A DNA stretch of 55,278 nucleotides from a virus (IMGVR_UViG_3300033562_000464:1-55278), one strand, 5' to 3'; counted from the stretch's first letter, positions 1 to 9,967 are shown. Numbers and translations: made by a program. The notes: generated by a model not told the origin, from the sequence alone.

Positions 1-752
1 TAATTTCTAGTAGTAAGTACATACCAAATATTTCCAGCTATTTCAGCCAAGAAACCAATTCTAAAATCATTTGTTCTGAACAAGCCTAGATTATCAATAG
101 TTCCTGAAAAGCTATTTACTTTTCTAGATAGCTCCCATAGTTTAGACCCGTTTGCTTGTATGCAATAATTCCTATAATACATCTCATTATTTTTTAAGTA
201 GGCAACAATGAGACCTTGGTCATTTAATGTGTCACCATCCGCTGGCACCCACCCCCGTATACTGGCTATCTTGGTAACGCCAGTATCTAGTTCAATTGGT
301 GTATCCAACCAGTACCTCGCCATTAAAGTACCATTTTGGTTGTAAAATATCCACGGGTGTTCTTCGGTTATAAAATCAAACCTTCCCGTCTTTGTGCTTC
401 GTTGCCAAAACCCGTCAAATTCTATTGCAACATCCCAGCAATTATTAGCAACATCCATCTCATAATCCCAAGGTAATAAATCATCATAAGGCAAATTTTT
501 GCTCTTAACTTTTGACAACCCATTATCTATATACGCAAGGAAAGCTCGTGATGGGCTTGTGTTGTTTAATAACCGCCTAACTGTTACATCCGACTTACTT
601 AAATCATCCCCATTGTGGGGGGTGAACACAGTAAATAATTCTTTTGTGAACCCCCTACTAAGAAGAACTTTCATTTTTGGTTCCGCATTGTTGCCACTTA
701 CTTGAAACTTACTTTTTACCCTTGCAAGGAGTTCTGGTGGTATATATCTCAT
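1..752 (-). CDS. Tail/baseplate protein, partial (runs off the window edge)
   Basis: Missing from the ORF track. ATG at 752 overlaps the upstream stop (ATGA). Open for 250 codons ([16 protein letters not shown]...YVLTTRN) to base 1. Lies downstream of the tape measure gene. Confidence 0.7.
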   Translation of the reverse strand, partial: MRYIPPELLARVKSKFQVSGNNAEPKMKVLLSRGFTKELFTVFTPHNGDDLSKSDVTVRRLLNNTSPSRAFLAYIDNGLSKVKSKNLPYDDLLPWDYEMDVANNCWDVAIEFDGFWQRSTKTGRFDFITEEHPWIFYNQNGTLMARYWLDTPIELDTGVTKIASIRGWVPADGDTLNDQGLIVAYLKNNEMYYRNYCIQANGSKLWELSRKVNSFSGTIDNLGLFRTNDFRIGFLAEIAGNIWYVLTTRN

Positions 753-1114
753 GTTGCAACACCCTCCTCATGTACATTTAACCTTAATGCTACAGTAAAC
801 CACCTATCCGCTTTGTCATTGGCTTGTATTGTGTCATCCGCCTTTGGGTATGCGTCAAGTATGCCTATGTAGTAATTACCATCAAGATAAAAGTTTAGGA
901 AGTTTGAAATTGCATAACAACCATCAAGTAAAACTTTACCATCGTTAGTCACTATGCAATTAATGTCAAAGTATTTTGTTGCAGTGCCTATTGTTTGAAC
1001 TTGGTAGGTGCCATCGAGCAACCTTGTTTTGATAATGTTGCCTGAAAGACCATCCTGTGCTTTTAATATGTGGGTTGTAATAACATTGTCACCGACTTTT
1101 AAGCTACCTACCAT
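749..1114 (-). CDS. Putative distal tail-type protein
   Basis: 121 aa, immediately after and overlapping the tape measure gene. Call is from position only. Confidence 0.5.
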   Translation of the reverse strand: MVGSLKVGDNVITTHILKAQDGLSGNIIKTRLLDGTYQVQTIGTATKYFDINCIVTNDGKVLLDGCYAISNFLNFYLDGNYYIGILDAYPKADDTIQANDKADRWFTVALRLNVHEEGVAT

Positions 1115-3666
1115 TCCCGAACCTCCCTCCTAAATTTAGTTAACACCATGTCAACAACGTCAACCATTTGCCCTTTATCATTAACGCCTTCGACCCTGAT
1201 TGTCCCCGAGTGGTTCACCGTTTGCTCTTTTTTAACACCGAGTTCTGCTTTTGCAAATGCCCCCATGTTATCAGACATATCACCACTCAAGTTTGATAAC
1301 TCATTAATTAGTAATGATTTACTTCCTCGGATACCTTTTGCCAAACCTTCCATAAAATCTGGCATCCATTTTTCATATTGTGTTAAAGGTCCTTCATCAG
1401 GTACTGAAAAATGTAAGAAGCTAGTAATTGTATCCGCAACATTTCCAACCGCATTTTTTACAAAGCTGACACCATTTTTAATCCCATCAACAAAGCCCAT
1501 AATCATATCTAGACCCCAATCAATAGCTTTTTCAGGTAGCCCAGTAATCCAATCAATAGCCCCAGTTATACCATCGGTTATCGTACTAACAACTTTACTA
1601 ATAACCCCTGTTATGCCCTCATTCATTTTGGTAAACATCAAAATTCCTAAGACAAATAACTTTAATGGTAACTCTTTTATCCATGTTATTATTTTTGTAA
1701 ATGTGCCAACAACGAAATTCCATATGGTTGTCAACGTGTTACTGATGGCAGTTTTTATTCCATTCCAAGTATCAACAATGAAATTTTTAATTGCTGTCCA
1801 AACACCAACAAAAAAGTCTTTGAGTAATGTAAAGTTAGCAATTGCCCTCTGTTTTAGATTATCCCACAATTGACCAAGAAAAGCAACTATTTCATCCCAA
1901 TATTTCCATATAAGTAATGGTATACCAATGAAAGGAGTAAGGATAGCCAGGATAACAAGCCCCCATTGTTGGAAAAAGACTTTTAGCCATTCCCATAAAC
2001 CAACAAAAAAGTTTTTTATTGCTTCCCATGCGGTTATTAAAGCGTTTCTGAAACCTTCGTTGGTATTCCATAAATAAATAATACCTGCAACAAGAGCTGC
2101 AACCGCCACAATAATTATTCCTATCGGGTTTGCGGTTAATGCTGCATTCCATAACCATTGAGCTGCGGTGACTATTTTTGTTGCAACACTCGATAAAATT
2201 TGTGCATTTTTAAACAATAATATGACAGTTTTTAACGTTTTAATTCCAGTTGCTATGCTAGATATAGCCGACATAAAACCACCCAACACCAAGAGGGCTG
2301 GACCAACGGTTGCAGCAATCATGGCAAACTTTACTACCATGTCTTGTTGTTTTGGTGATAAATCACTTATTGCTGTCGCTACCTTGCTAAATACTTCGGC
2401 AATTTTTTCAATTACTGGGACAAGGCTTGCACCCAATTCGGTACCTGCATTTTTTAGTTTGTTAAAAGATGCGTTCAATTTATTGCCCGAAGTGTCACTC
2501 ATAGTATTAAAAGCTTGGTCAACAAAATCGGTTCCGCTTGCCATTGTTTCCATACTTTTATCAAAAAGGGATATACCTTGGTCACTAGTTAACGTTAATA
2601 CTGTATTAAGGGCTTCAACCGAGCCAAACATTGTCGCAAATTGTGAAACTTGGCTATCACCAGCTGCGGTGAGTAGCTCAATATTCGCCATTGTGCTTTT
2701 TGATTCATCCGACAAAGCTTTATACTCTTTACTCCCATTGTTACCTGCCTTTTCCATTTCAGCCATTTGTGCGGTTAATTCACCGTACTTGTCCGATTGC
2801 TTAACTAGTTCGGGTGCCACTTGTGCCAAGGCACCTTTAACATCCCCCAAAAAGCCTTTTAAACCCTTGCTCGCAAGTGCATCGGCATTAAACTCAACAC
2901 CAAGTGCAGCTGCTGCATCGCTTGCTTCTTTTGTTGGCTTTGCTATATTACTAAATGCTGCTTTTAACCCAGAAACCGATTCCGATGTTGCAATACCATT
3001 TGCAGTAAGTACCGCTAAAGAACTAAATAATTCCTGTGTGCTTATGTTTAGAGCATTTGCTGTTGGTGCAACTTTACCAATTACCCCAGCCATTTCACCG
3101 AAGGTTGTCTTACCAAGATTTTGAGCAACCATCATTTCGTTAGCCACTCTAGTCGCTTCGCTCGATTCAAGCCCATAAGCGTTCAAGGTACTTGTTAAAC
3201 CATCAACCGCTGTCGCTGTATCGGTAAACCCACCTTTTGCACTTTTTACCGCAACTTCCAAATAATCAAGAGCCCCCGATGTTGCCACACCAGCCGACAA
3301 AACATCATAAAGTCCAGCTTGTAAATCAGCCGTCCCCAAACCGCTTGCATTCGATAAATCCATTACACCTTCACCAAGGTCATCAATAGATACTTCGGTG
3401 CTATTAGCAACGGTTGAAATTTTAGCCATACCCGTTTCAAAGTCGGTGAATAACTTACCAGCTGCCACGCCTGCAGCAATTATTGGCACCGTAACGCCAG
3501 TAGTTAAATCTTTTCCAGCATCCGATATTCTACCGCCAATATCAGAAAATCCAGAAAACGTGTCCGTGGTACTTTTTATTTCATCTTCCGCTGTCTTTAA
3601 TTTTGATGACAAATCGCTAATATCTAGCATAAACTTCGCCATAATTGAGCCTAACATTGTTGACAT
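1108..3666 (-). CDS. Tail tape measure protein (TP901 family)
   Basis: 852 aa. Ala/Gly-rich helical core, [10 protein letters not shown] motif, C-terminal aromatic periodicity of about 11 residues. Confidence 0.93.
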   Translation of the reverse strand: MSTMLGSIMAKFMLDISDLSSKLKTAEDEIKSTTDTFSGFSDIGGRISDAGKDLTTGVTVPIIAAGVAAGKLFTDFETGMAKISTVANSTEVSIDDLGEGVMDLSNASGLGTADLQAGLYDVLSAGVATSGALDYLEVAVKSAKGGFTDTATAVDGLTSTLNAYGLESSEATRVANEMMVAQNLGKTTFGEMAGVIGKVAPTANALNISTQELFSSLAVLTANGIATSESVSGLKAAFSNIAKPTKEASDAAAALGVEFNADALASKGLKGFLGDVKGALAQVAPELVKQSDKYGELTAQMAEMEKAGNNGSKEYKALSDESKSTMANIELLTAAGDSQVSQFATMFGSVEALNTVLTLTSDQGISLFDKSMETMASGTDFVDQAFNTMSDTSGNKLNASFNKLKNAGTELGASLVPVIEKIAEVFSKVATAISDLSPKQQDMVVKFAMIAATVGPALLVLGGFMSAISSIATGIKTLKTVILLFKNAQILSSVATKIVTAAQWLWNAALTANPIGIIIVAVAALVAGIIYLWNTNEGFRNALITAWEAIKNFFVGLWEWLKVFFQQWGLVILAILTPFIGIPLLIWKYWDEIVAFLGQLWDNLKQRAIANFTLLKDFFVGVWTAIKNFIVDTWNGIKTAISNTLTTIWNFVVGTFTKIITWIKELPLKLFVLGILMFTKMNEGITGVISKVVSTITDGITGAIDWITGLPEKAIDWGLDMIMGFVDGIKNGVSFVKNAVGNVADTITSFLHFSVPDEGPLTQYEKWMPDFMEGLAKGIRGSKSLLINELSNLSGDMSDNMGAFAKAELGVKKEQTVNHSGTIRVEGVNDKGQMVDVVDMVLTKFRREVREW

Positions 3667-3703
3667 GATATACCTCCTTAACGAGATATAGCTGGGTCAC
3701 TTT

Positions 3704-3925
3704 TTACAGTTCCCCAGCTACTAATTTTTGTAAGGCATTGTTTTCTCGCCTATTTTCAGTATAGTGAGGTATTTTACCAGCCTCTAATTGTCCAAAAATA
3801 TACGCACAAGCCTCATCGAAACAATACGCCACATATTCATCTTCGATGTTTAATAACTGACTAGGTCTTGAATTAAATGTGCGAGACGTGTGAATTACAT
3901 TGCTAATTTGTCGGCTCTTGACGAA
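3704..3925 (-). CDS. Tail assembly chaperone C-terminal extension reached by +1 frameshift
   Basis: 73-codon open +1 frame (FVKSRQISNV...RPSQLLNIEDEYVAYCFDEACAY...GEL*) with no good start of its own. It fills the gap before the TMP gene. Slippery TCC TTT CGT C at 3929-3920. Confidence 0.75.
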   Translation of the reverse strand, partial: FVKSRQISNVIHTSRTFNSRPSQLLNIEDEYVAYCFDEACAYIFGQLEAGKIPHYTENRRENNALQKLVAGEL

Positions 3926-4322
3926 AGGAGTTTAATGCCTTTGTACCCCCTTGGGTATGTTGAAATATCTCAAGTTTTTGTTCGTCCGTAAGTAAGTCAC
4001 CAATTTCGTCAAAAGTTGGTTCCACCATAGCATTGTCACATATAACATCAATCAAAGACGCCATATCTTTCAACTTACCATTGCTCCCCATAATTTCTGC
4101 AGTTGATACAGCTTCGGATTTCTTTTTACCCTCAAATAATTCAATCGCAGTTGTCATTAACTCATTTGGTATTTTACCGTTTCCAACTAGTTTCATCAAA
4201 CTCAAGCTTCTAATTCTAATGGTTATAGGTTCTTCGCCATTAGTAAAACCTTGTATATCGACTTCCCTCGTTGCCCTAGCTTTAAACTCTTCAACACTTA
4301 TTACACGCTTTTTTTCATTCAT
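3903..4322 (-). CDS. Tail assembly chaperone
   Basis: 139 aa between the major tail and tape measure genes, ending at a slippery site. Confidence 0.8.
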   Translation of the reverse strand: MNEKKRVISVEEFKARATREVDIQGFTNGEEPITIRIRSLSLMKLVGNGKIPNELMTTAIELFEGKKKSEAVSTAEIMGSNGKLKDMASLIDVICDNAMVEPTFDEIGDLLTDEQKLEIFQHTQGGTKALNSFRQEPTN

Positions 4323-4350
4323 TTAATTGACCCTCTTTCACATTATATTA

Positions 4351-4911
4351 TTAAGCAGGCACCGATGTCACATAATCAATAAGTTTCACAGGCTTGCCAG
4401 ATTTTGTGTTTTCTCTTGCTTTAATTTCGAACTCTGGCGCAAAAAAGTCTTTTTTAAATGCCAACTTTGGAGCCTTGCCTGTGCATTTTGTGAGGGTAAT
4501 TTTGATGTAACCAATAATGTCGTCGCCTTCATAATTTGCTACATAAATCTCAGCTTGAAATAATTTCATTGTTGCACCATCTTCAAGTTTTGGGCTATCG
4601 TAACCAACAATATCCTCACCAGTTTTTCTAATAGTACCGCCTTCAATTAACGAAGCCACATTAATATCAAATGTGTTATCCTTTAATTTAAGGTTATATC
4701 CATAAAGAAGGTCTGGTGTGCTTGCAATAGCAAGTATCTTTTCATTGGTTCTTAAAACTTTTTCATCGCCCTCACTAATTACTGGTTCAAGTTCGGCTTC
4801 TTCCGCAGTTGTAACGTTGCAGATAATTGGTGTGCCAACTTTTACAAGCCCCGTTGCTGGGTCAAGTTCGCTAAGTACCACTTTTTTAATACCGTATAAA
4901 ATATCAGACAT
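4351..4911 (-). CDS. Major tail tube protein
   Basis: 186 aa beta-rich protein in the canonical slot before the chaperone and TMP. Confidence 0.8.
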   Translation of the reverse strand: MSDILYGIKKVVLSELDPATGLVKVGTPIICNVTTAEEAELEPVISEGDEKVLRTNEKILAIASTPDLLYGYNLKLKDNTFDINVASLIEGGTIRKTGEDIVGYDSPKLEDGATMKLFQAEIYVANYEGDDIIGYIKITLTKCTGKAPKLAFKKDFFAPEFEIKARENTKSGKPVKLIDYVTSVPA

Positions 4912-4928
4912 TTATATATCCTCCTTAA

Positions 4929-5264
4929 TTAAATTGTTTTAGGTATCCTGAAATCTTCCGACCTCATTATGGCTTTTTTAGGTTCATCTATAAAATCGGA
5001 TGTTCTGTTGTTTGTTGCTTCTATGCCTATGCTAACAAGGGCATTTCTAACACTATTTAGCTTGTCGTCAATTAATGAAACGCTTGTCTTTGGTACATAT
5101 ACCATAACTTCAAAGTATTGCCAACCAGCAAGGGAATTGCCCCCTGTATTTTGGTTCTTGTACTTAATAACCGCATACGGTTTTTTGCATTCCCCATCAT
5201 GTTGTCCAACCCAATACGCTGGGCAAATGGCACTTACTGTATTGTAAATAGTAGTTCTTGTCAT
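4929..5264 (-). CDS. Tail terminator protein
   Basis: 111 aa with PYAVI and EVMVYVP-type motifs, upstream of the tail tube gene. Confidence 0.65.
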   Translation of the reverse strand: MTRTTIYNTVSAICPAYWVGQHDGECKKPYAVIKYKNQNTGGNSLAGWQYFEVMVYVPKTSVSLIDDKLNSVRNALVSIGIEATNNRTSDFIDEPKKAIMRSEDFRIPKTI

Positions 5265-5268
5265 GGTA

Positions 5269-5634
5269 TCACCCCACTAACTTTCGATATTGTGAAACTA
5301 GTTCGCTACTAAATTGACTAATTGCTTCCTCTAGTATTGCATACTTTCTTTCCATTGCAAGCTCAAGCCAAATGCCATAATCTACTTGGTGGTATACCAC
5401 TGTTAATAAAGCATCTTGATTTTCCCAATAAGCATCACCGATTATCCCTTGCCTTGCATTGCTTGTTCTGTCAACCCATTTAGCATTATCTTTCGCCCAA
5501 TCAGCCATCTTGATACTGGCTGTTTTGGATATTAATAGTAATGCTTCTTTTAACGCTTGTTCGGTTATATTAAGCTCCTTGAGCACTGCGTATATTGAAC
5601 CTTGCTCAACTTTAACCCCGTTTACCTTTGCCAT
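5269..5634 (-). CDS. HK97 gp10-like tail completion protein
   Basis: AKWVDRTSNARQGI and VDYGIWLEL motifs typical of the family. Confidence 0.75.
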   Translation of the reverse strand: MAKVNGVKVEQGSIYAVLKELNITEQALKEALLLISKTASIKMADWAKDNAKWVDRTSNARQGIIGDAYWENQDALLTVVYHQVDYGIWLELAMERKYAILEEAISQFSSELVSQYRKLVG

Positions 5635-6008
5635 TACGTAACCACCTCCAAGTCACATTCCCAATATATATTCAAATTCAATATATTTGCTGGGTTGTTG
5701 ACCTTGTAAGTAGTTCCTGCCACGATAAACTCATCGTTCCTTAACATAATAAAATCATCCCCATATACGACGATAAGCTTGGGTGTTCTTTGACGTGTTA
5801 CCGTTCCAGCTTCTGCAACTTGTGGGGATATAAAACCATGTCCACTATTGTCAAGCACACCGTTAAACGTTGCCACCTTTACGGGTAAATCGCTTAAAAT
5901 AAAACCACCCATTCCGTCAGATGTTTTGGTGTACCTCATTAACTCTATCGTAGTGGGCATTTTTTCAATTGCTTTTGCAACTTGGGCTTTAATACGCTCA
6001 ATGTTCAT
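5634..6008 (-). CDS. Head closure protein
   Basis: Start reassigned to MNIERIK (TAATG overlap). SDGMGG and YKV motifs, neck-module position. Confidence 0.65.
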   Translation of the reverse strand: MNIERIKAQVAKAIEKMPTTIELMRYTKTSDGMGGFILSDLPVKVATFNGVLDNSGHGFISPQVAEAGTVTRQRTPKLIVVYGDDFIMLRNDEFIVAGTTYKVNNPANILNLNIYWECDLEVVT

Positions 6009-6271
6009 TATGCATCCGCCCTTTTCATCGTGCCTGTGGCATTTGCACGAAACATTCGTGCTCTCCTCAGCCAATATTTTTCATTGCTTGTTGTATTAAT
6101 CGGTCCCAATTTAACACTATCATCTTGCGCCTTTATCATACATCCTTCATAGCTTGCTTTTTTAACGGTTTCAAATTGGTCTAGTAACGCTTGGCAAGCA
6201 TCTTCAGTGAAATATGGAAATTGTTCTTCCTGCATGTTAAACCTTAAAATCTCTAAATCTGACATAGCCAT
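6008..6271 (-). CDS. Head-tail connector/adaptor
   Basis: 87 aa with PYFTED and SVKLGPI motifs, downstream of the capsid gene. Confidence 0.65.
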   Translation of the reverse strand: MAMSDLEILRFNMQEEQFPYFTEDACQALLDQFETVKKASYEGCMIKAQDDSVKLGPINTTSNEKYWLRRARMFRANATGTMKRADA

Positions 6272-6281
6272 TTTTCATCAC

Positions 6282-6506
6282 CTACCACTTCGCTTCACCA
6301 AGTTGTGCAACCTCAAATTCTTTAGCTTCACTAAATGTAACTTCAACTGTTTCATTAGCGTTAACCAACACACCGCCAAGGTTAACATTTCGGTTAAATT
6401 TGAACTCAACCGTTTCAATAATTTCGCCTTCGCCTTCTAAGTTTTCTTCACCTTCATTTAAACCATCTAATTCGGTGTCAACTAAATCTTCTTTTAGTTT
6501 TTTCAA
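6282..6506 (-). CDS. Small acidic hypothetical protein after the capsid gene
   Basis: ORF with AGGAGG RBS and TTG start. Confidence 0.6.
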   Translation of the reverse strand: MKKLKEDLVDTELDGLNEGEENLEGEGEIIETVEFKFNRNVNLGGVLVNANETVEVTFSEAKEFEVAQLGEAKW

Positions 6507-6588
6507 AATATTATCCTCCTTTAAATATAATTCAAGGGGTAGAGCATACGCCCAGCCCCTTGGTTAATTATCAATATTTTGGTAAATC

Positions 6589-7644
6589 CTAGCTGTGTAC
6601 AGTTGCAATAAAGCAATTGTCAATGTTTTCGAAACTTGGTAGGAAAATTCCACTTACAATCGTAAACACGTTTACTGGGTGCACTTCTTTCGAAGTTGTT
6701 ACAGCAACGCCTGTATTAACAATTTGAACTTGTGCTTCGCTACCAGCTAATAAATCACTTTCTTCTGGGGTTGTACCATAGTAAGTATTTCCCAATGTGC
6801 CAGATGGTATTAAAGTAAATACATCATCTGGGAAGTAATTAACCGCTGTACCCGAACCATTGTCGAACTTTTTGTTATACACCGCAACGGTTAACCCGAG
6901 CTTAGTTGTAACATATTGTTTCACCATTGCTTCGGTAACGATGCTCATTGTTGCAACAACGCCAGTAGTAAGGAACATGTCCTTTTTGATGCTTTCGTTT
7001 TGTGCTAAATAATTAAATGTCTTTCTTGTACATACCGCTCTTGTAGGTCTTGAACCCGTATTAGCTTCTACCAAATCCATCCATCTTTCAATGTCTTGAA
7101 CTGGCTTGCTATTAACAAAATCCGACCATTTTGCGGTTGTTAACAATGTTTCTTTGTGAGCCGCATTAAACTTATAATCATAAGTATAAGGTACACGGTT
7201 CGCACTAATGTCAATTGCACCGCCTGAAAGTAATTGCATACGCATTCTTTCCGCTTGTACTCTTGCACCTTCAACCAATTTACTAACATCATCATAAATG
7301 TTGTTAATCAATGGCATAATGAAATTCGTATTTGAAGCACCAATAAATTTGTTAAGTTCTTGTCGATCTTTTTCACCAATACGCATTGCTTCTCTGAAAA
7401 ATGGCATTTCAGTTTCAACTGAGTTAATACCAATTCTTTCTCTTAACGTTGCTTTCGCATCAAATGCACTTGGCTTCAATGCTACTGGTAAACCGTTTGA
7501 ACCTTTAATCCATTTTAAGTCAAGCCCCATTTGTTTCTTTGCTGGAAATAACCCCTCGCCCAAATATGGGATAGCGTTTTCTGGCTTGTTTGTAACATAT
7601 GAAGCAATTTCCTTGGCATTTACATAATCAAAAATTGTAGGCAT
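6589..7644 (-). CDS. Major capsid protein (phage capsid E family)
   Basis: 351 aa. YLGEGLFPAKK, ERMRMQLL, LGNTYYGTTPEE and LPSFE motifs. Confidence 0.92.
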   Translation of the reverse strand: MPTIFDYVNAKEIASYVTNKPENAIPYLGEGLFPAKKQMGLDLKWIKGSNGLPVALKPSAFDAKATLRERIGINSVETEMPFFREAMRIGEKDRQELNKFIGASNTNFIMPLINNIYDDVSKLVEGARVQAERMRMQLLSGGAIDISANRVPYTYDYKFNAAHKETLLTTAKWSDFVNSKPVQDIERWMDLVEANTGSRPTRAVCTRKTFNYLAQNESIKKDMFLTTGVVATMSIVTEAMVKQYVTTKLGLTVAVYNKKFDNGSGTAVNYFPDDVFTLIPSGTLGNTYYGTTPEESDLLAGSEAQVQIVNTGVAVTTSKEVHPVNVFTIVSGIFLPSFENIDNCFIATVHS

Positions 7645-7692
7645 TTAGTCGCCCTCCTTTGCTAATTTTAAAGTATAGTTGTCTAGTTATAA

Positions 7693-8085
7693 TTAACCAA
7701 TAAAAACAATTCGCCCAGCAAGTGCAATGACAGCATTTGCATGAGGTGCATCTGGTAATTTTGTTGTATCAACAAAACCATGAATCAATAATGCCCCTGC
7801 AGCATTTCCGTATGTTACATCAACATCAGTCAATAATACGCCTTCCGCATCAACCGCTGCACCAGCTTGACCCGTTGTTCCAGCACTATTTTTTACGGTT
7901 ACACTATTTGCTGGGTTTGCAAGTGTGCCACCACCAAGGATAGTCCCTGCTTTTACAATTTTTCTACCATCGCCATCCGCAACAACACCAGCATTCGAAA
8001 CCGTTACAGGTAACGCTACATAATGGTCGGGAAATTTGATAATGTTTAATTGTGGGTTTAAATAAGCTTTTTCTAAAAATTTCAT
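7693..8085 (-). CDS. Head decoration protein
   Basis: GRKIVKAGT...GVLLTDVDVT...GFVDTTKLP pattern, between scaffold and capsid. Confidence 0.75.
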   Translation of the reverse strand: MKFLEKAYLNPQLNIIKFPDHYVALPVTVSNAGVVADGDGRKIVKAGTILGGGTLANPANSVTVKNSAGTTGQAGAAVDAEGVLLTDVDVTYGNAAGALLIHGFVDTTKLPDAPHANAVIALAGRIVFIG

Positions 8086-8103
8086 TAATTGTTCCTCCTT
8101 AAA

Positions 8104-8751
8104 TTATTTAAAGTATAGTTGGTCAACCGTTTGGGTGTTACCATTAGCTGACTTGTTTTGGTCCGCCAACATCTTACCGATGCCATCGATACCATCGTTT
8201 GTTCCACCTTTACCACGTTGTCCTGGGTTTCCTGTGCCACCCCCAGCAATATCAAATAGGTATGGCTTGCTTTCCGTCAATGTTTTAAAGGCGTCATCTA
8301 GCCCTTCAACAGTGCCATCTTCTTTGAGAGTTAATTTAGCTTTATCAATAAAAGCAAGTACATCAGCACCACTTTTATCTTTTGACTTAGCATCAAGAGC
8401 TTTTAGCTTAATTGCTGTTTCAAGAGCTTGTTCTTTAAGCTTTGTGTCGAGGGCTTTGTTGCTATTTTGCAAAGTGTTAATTTGGTCTGTTAGCGTCTTA
8501 TTGTCCCCTGCACTAGTTTTTATTTTCTCAAGTTCTACATTTGTGTCGTCAAGCGTCTTTTGGATTGTTTTCTTTTTGCCAATTTCCTCATCAAGTCGTG
8601 CTTTTGGCACAAATACGTCTTTGTCACCGTCATCAATTAATAACTTCGCTTTGAGCTCTGAAGCATTTGTATTAACTAATTTAATGACCTCATCTGGTGT
8701 GTTGTGTTTTGTAGCGTCAAAACCTTTAAATAAATCGCTTAGTACTGGCAT
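8104..8751 (-). CDS. Capsid scaffolding protein (Phage GP20 family)
   Basis: FVPKARLDE...coiled coil...VEGLDD...KPYLF followed by a Gly-rich tail. Confidence 0.85.
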   Translation of the reverse strand: MPVLSDLFKGFDATKHNTPDEVIKLVNTNASELKAKLLIDDGDKDVFVPKARLDEEIGKKKTIQKTLDDTNVELEKIKTSAGDNKTLTDQINTLQNSNKALDTKLKEQALETAIKLKALDAKSKDKSGADVLAFIDKAKLTLKEDGTVEGLDDAFKTLTESKPYLFDIAGGGTGNPGQRGKGGTNDGIDGIGKMLADQNKSANGNTQTVDQLYFK

Positions 8752-8763
8752 GTTATGTCCTCC

Positions 8764-8825
8764 CTCATTTATTCGGCATGAGTACCTGTTGTTTCATCCT
8801 TGTTTTAAGCCTATGGACGAAAGGC
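8764..8825 (-). ncRNA. Tandem H-type pseudoknots in the scaffold/capsid 5' leader
   Basis: PK1: GCCU/AGGC stem, loop UUCGUCC pairs with downstream GGAUGAA. PK2: GGUA/UGCC stem, loop CUCA pairs with UGAG next to the SD. Confidence 0.55.
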
Positions 8826-8845
8826 ATATACAATATCTAATTCAC

Positions 8846-8932
8846 ATTATATAGTATAAATCCACACTTTTCAAGTAGAATATCAAAAAATAGTAAACTT
8901 ATTAGTATATTATATAATAATATACTTGTCAA
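8846..8932 (-). promoter_or_regulatory. Two tandem sigma-A-type promoters for the head genes
   Basis: TTGACA-N17-TATACT (8932-8904) and TTGAAA-N17-TATAAT (8874-8846). Confidence 0.75.
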
Positions 8933-8964
8933 GCTTTATTTTTATGGTTGATAGCAAAAAATGG

Positions 8965-8988
8965 CACTTATCACGCCACTTATCACGC
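8965..8988. repeat. Perfect 12-bp tandem repeat (CACTTATCACGC x2)
   Basis: Seen directly, just upstream of the head-gene promoters. Confidence 0.8.
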
Positions 8989-9023
8989 TTTATTTTTTAT
9001 TTTTTGGGTTATTGTATGGCAAT

Positions 9024-9043
9024 AAAAAAGGGCTTTCGCCCTC
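9024..9043 (-). terminator. Intrinsic terminator
   Basis: AGGGC-GAAA-GCCCT followed by a T run on the minus strand. Confidence 0.8.
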
Positions 9044-9048
9044 ATTTA

Positions 9049-9315
9049 TTATAATTCTTTTTTTTCAATCCTTTCCATTATTAGTTCCTTAACTCTTGCT
9101 GTACCTAAAAATCTTATATCTTTTTTTACTGGCATTATGCCACCGCCAACTTGTACGCCTTTTGATGCTATAACTGCTGCATATATTTCTGCTAATAAAC
9201 TTTCTTTGTTTGGCATTTCTGTCATCATTCCATCTTGTATACTATTTTCGTATCCGCCAATAACGTAATTTGTTTCTTCTTTTATAACCCTTGCTACTAA
9301 CATTTCTCTATTCAT
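9049..9315 (-). CDS. Hypothetical early-type protein (moron in the head module)
   Basis: Has its own promoter, AAGGAG RBS and terminator. Confidence 0.75.
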   Translation of the reverse strand: MNREMLVARVIKEETNYVIGGYENSIQDGMMTEMPNKESLLAEIYAAVIASKGVQVGGGIMPVKKDIRFLGTARVKELIMERIEKKEL

Positions 9316-9377
9316 AATTTCTCCTTTATTTTGGGCTACTAACCCACCAAGTTTTTAAGTTTTTTTACTACTCTTGA

Positions 9378-9406
9378 ATGATAACATATTCCGATAATGA
9401 ATACAA
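9378..9406 (-). promoter_or_regulatory. Sigma-A early promoter, class Ia
   Basis: TTGTAT-N17-TATCAT with extended TG. Spacer is shared with the promoters at 20392, 21776 and 24541. Confidence 0.75.
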
Positions 9407-9435
9407 GTCTTTTATCGAATTATTTATCACAAAAC

Positions 9436-9454
9436 AAAAAAGGGCTTTCACCCT
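9436..9454 (-). terminator. Intrinsic terminator
   Basis: AGGGT-GAAA-GCCCT followed by a T run. Confidence 0.75.
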
Positions 9455-9470
9455 AATTTGCTCACTTATT

Positions 9471-9794
9471 TCATCCACATATGCAGGAGGTGCACATTCT
9501 ATTTCGGGCTTCTATTTCGGCTTCCCTTAATATGCTTTTTACCATTATGGCACTTTCCATCGGCACTTGAAATATTTCATAGTGACCGCACTTTTGTTTC
9601 GTGATGTATATTAAATTAAAATGGAACCGTGTGCCCCTACTTTTAACCTTCTTTATGTACTTAACTTCTTCCCTACTTGATGCCCCCGAAATTAGTTCCC
9701 TATAATCAGGTGTGTACCACCCATCGGCATCACGCATTTCATCAATAAGTATTTGATAGTTAATCCTATAAAGTATATCGTCTTTTAATTCCAT
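9471..9794 (-). CDS. Hypothetical early-type protein with Cys motifs (CGH...CxxC)
   Basis: Start reassigned to MELKDD after GGAGG. Has its own promoter and terminator. Confidence 0.7.
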   Translation of the reverse strand: MELKDDILYRINYQILIDEMRDADGWYTPDYRELISGASSREEVKYIKKVKSRGTRFHFNLIYITKQKCGHYEIFQVPMESAIMVKSILREAEIEARNRMCTSCICG

Positions 9795-9822
9795 AATTAA
9801 ACCCTCCAAGTTTTTAAGTTTT

Positions 9823-9922
9823 AAAATTATGGCACATCCTCAAGCGGTTACACATCTTTAGCAGAAGTAGTGAGACTCATCATTGATTTTGTATTGTTAT
9901 ACTTGGGGATGTGCCATATTTT
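9823..9922 (-). ncRNA. About 100-nt long-stem RNA in an early leader
   Basis: AAAAUAUGGCACAUCCCCAAG pairs with CUUGAGGAUGUGCCAUAAUUUU around a 57-nt interior. It starts just after the promoter at 9931-9959. Confidence 0.55.
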
Positions 9923-9930
9923 ACTTCGTA

Positions 9931-9959
9931 AGTATAACATAGTATTTTATGCTTTGCAA
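9931..9959 (-). promoter_or_regulatory. Sigma-A promoter
   Basis: TTGCAA-N17-TATACT with extended TG. Confidence 0.75.
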
Positions 9960-9967
9960 GCACAAAT

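Noticed and set aside
9845-9900. Hammerhead ribozyme or C/D box (AUGAUGAG) in the leader hairpin
   Set aside because: Lacks CUGANGA and the GAAA core, and has no box D.
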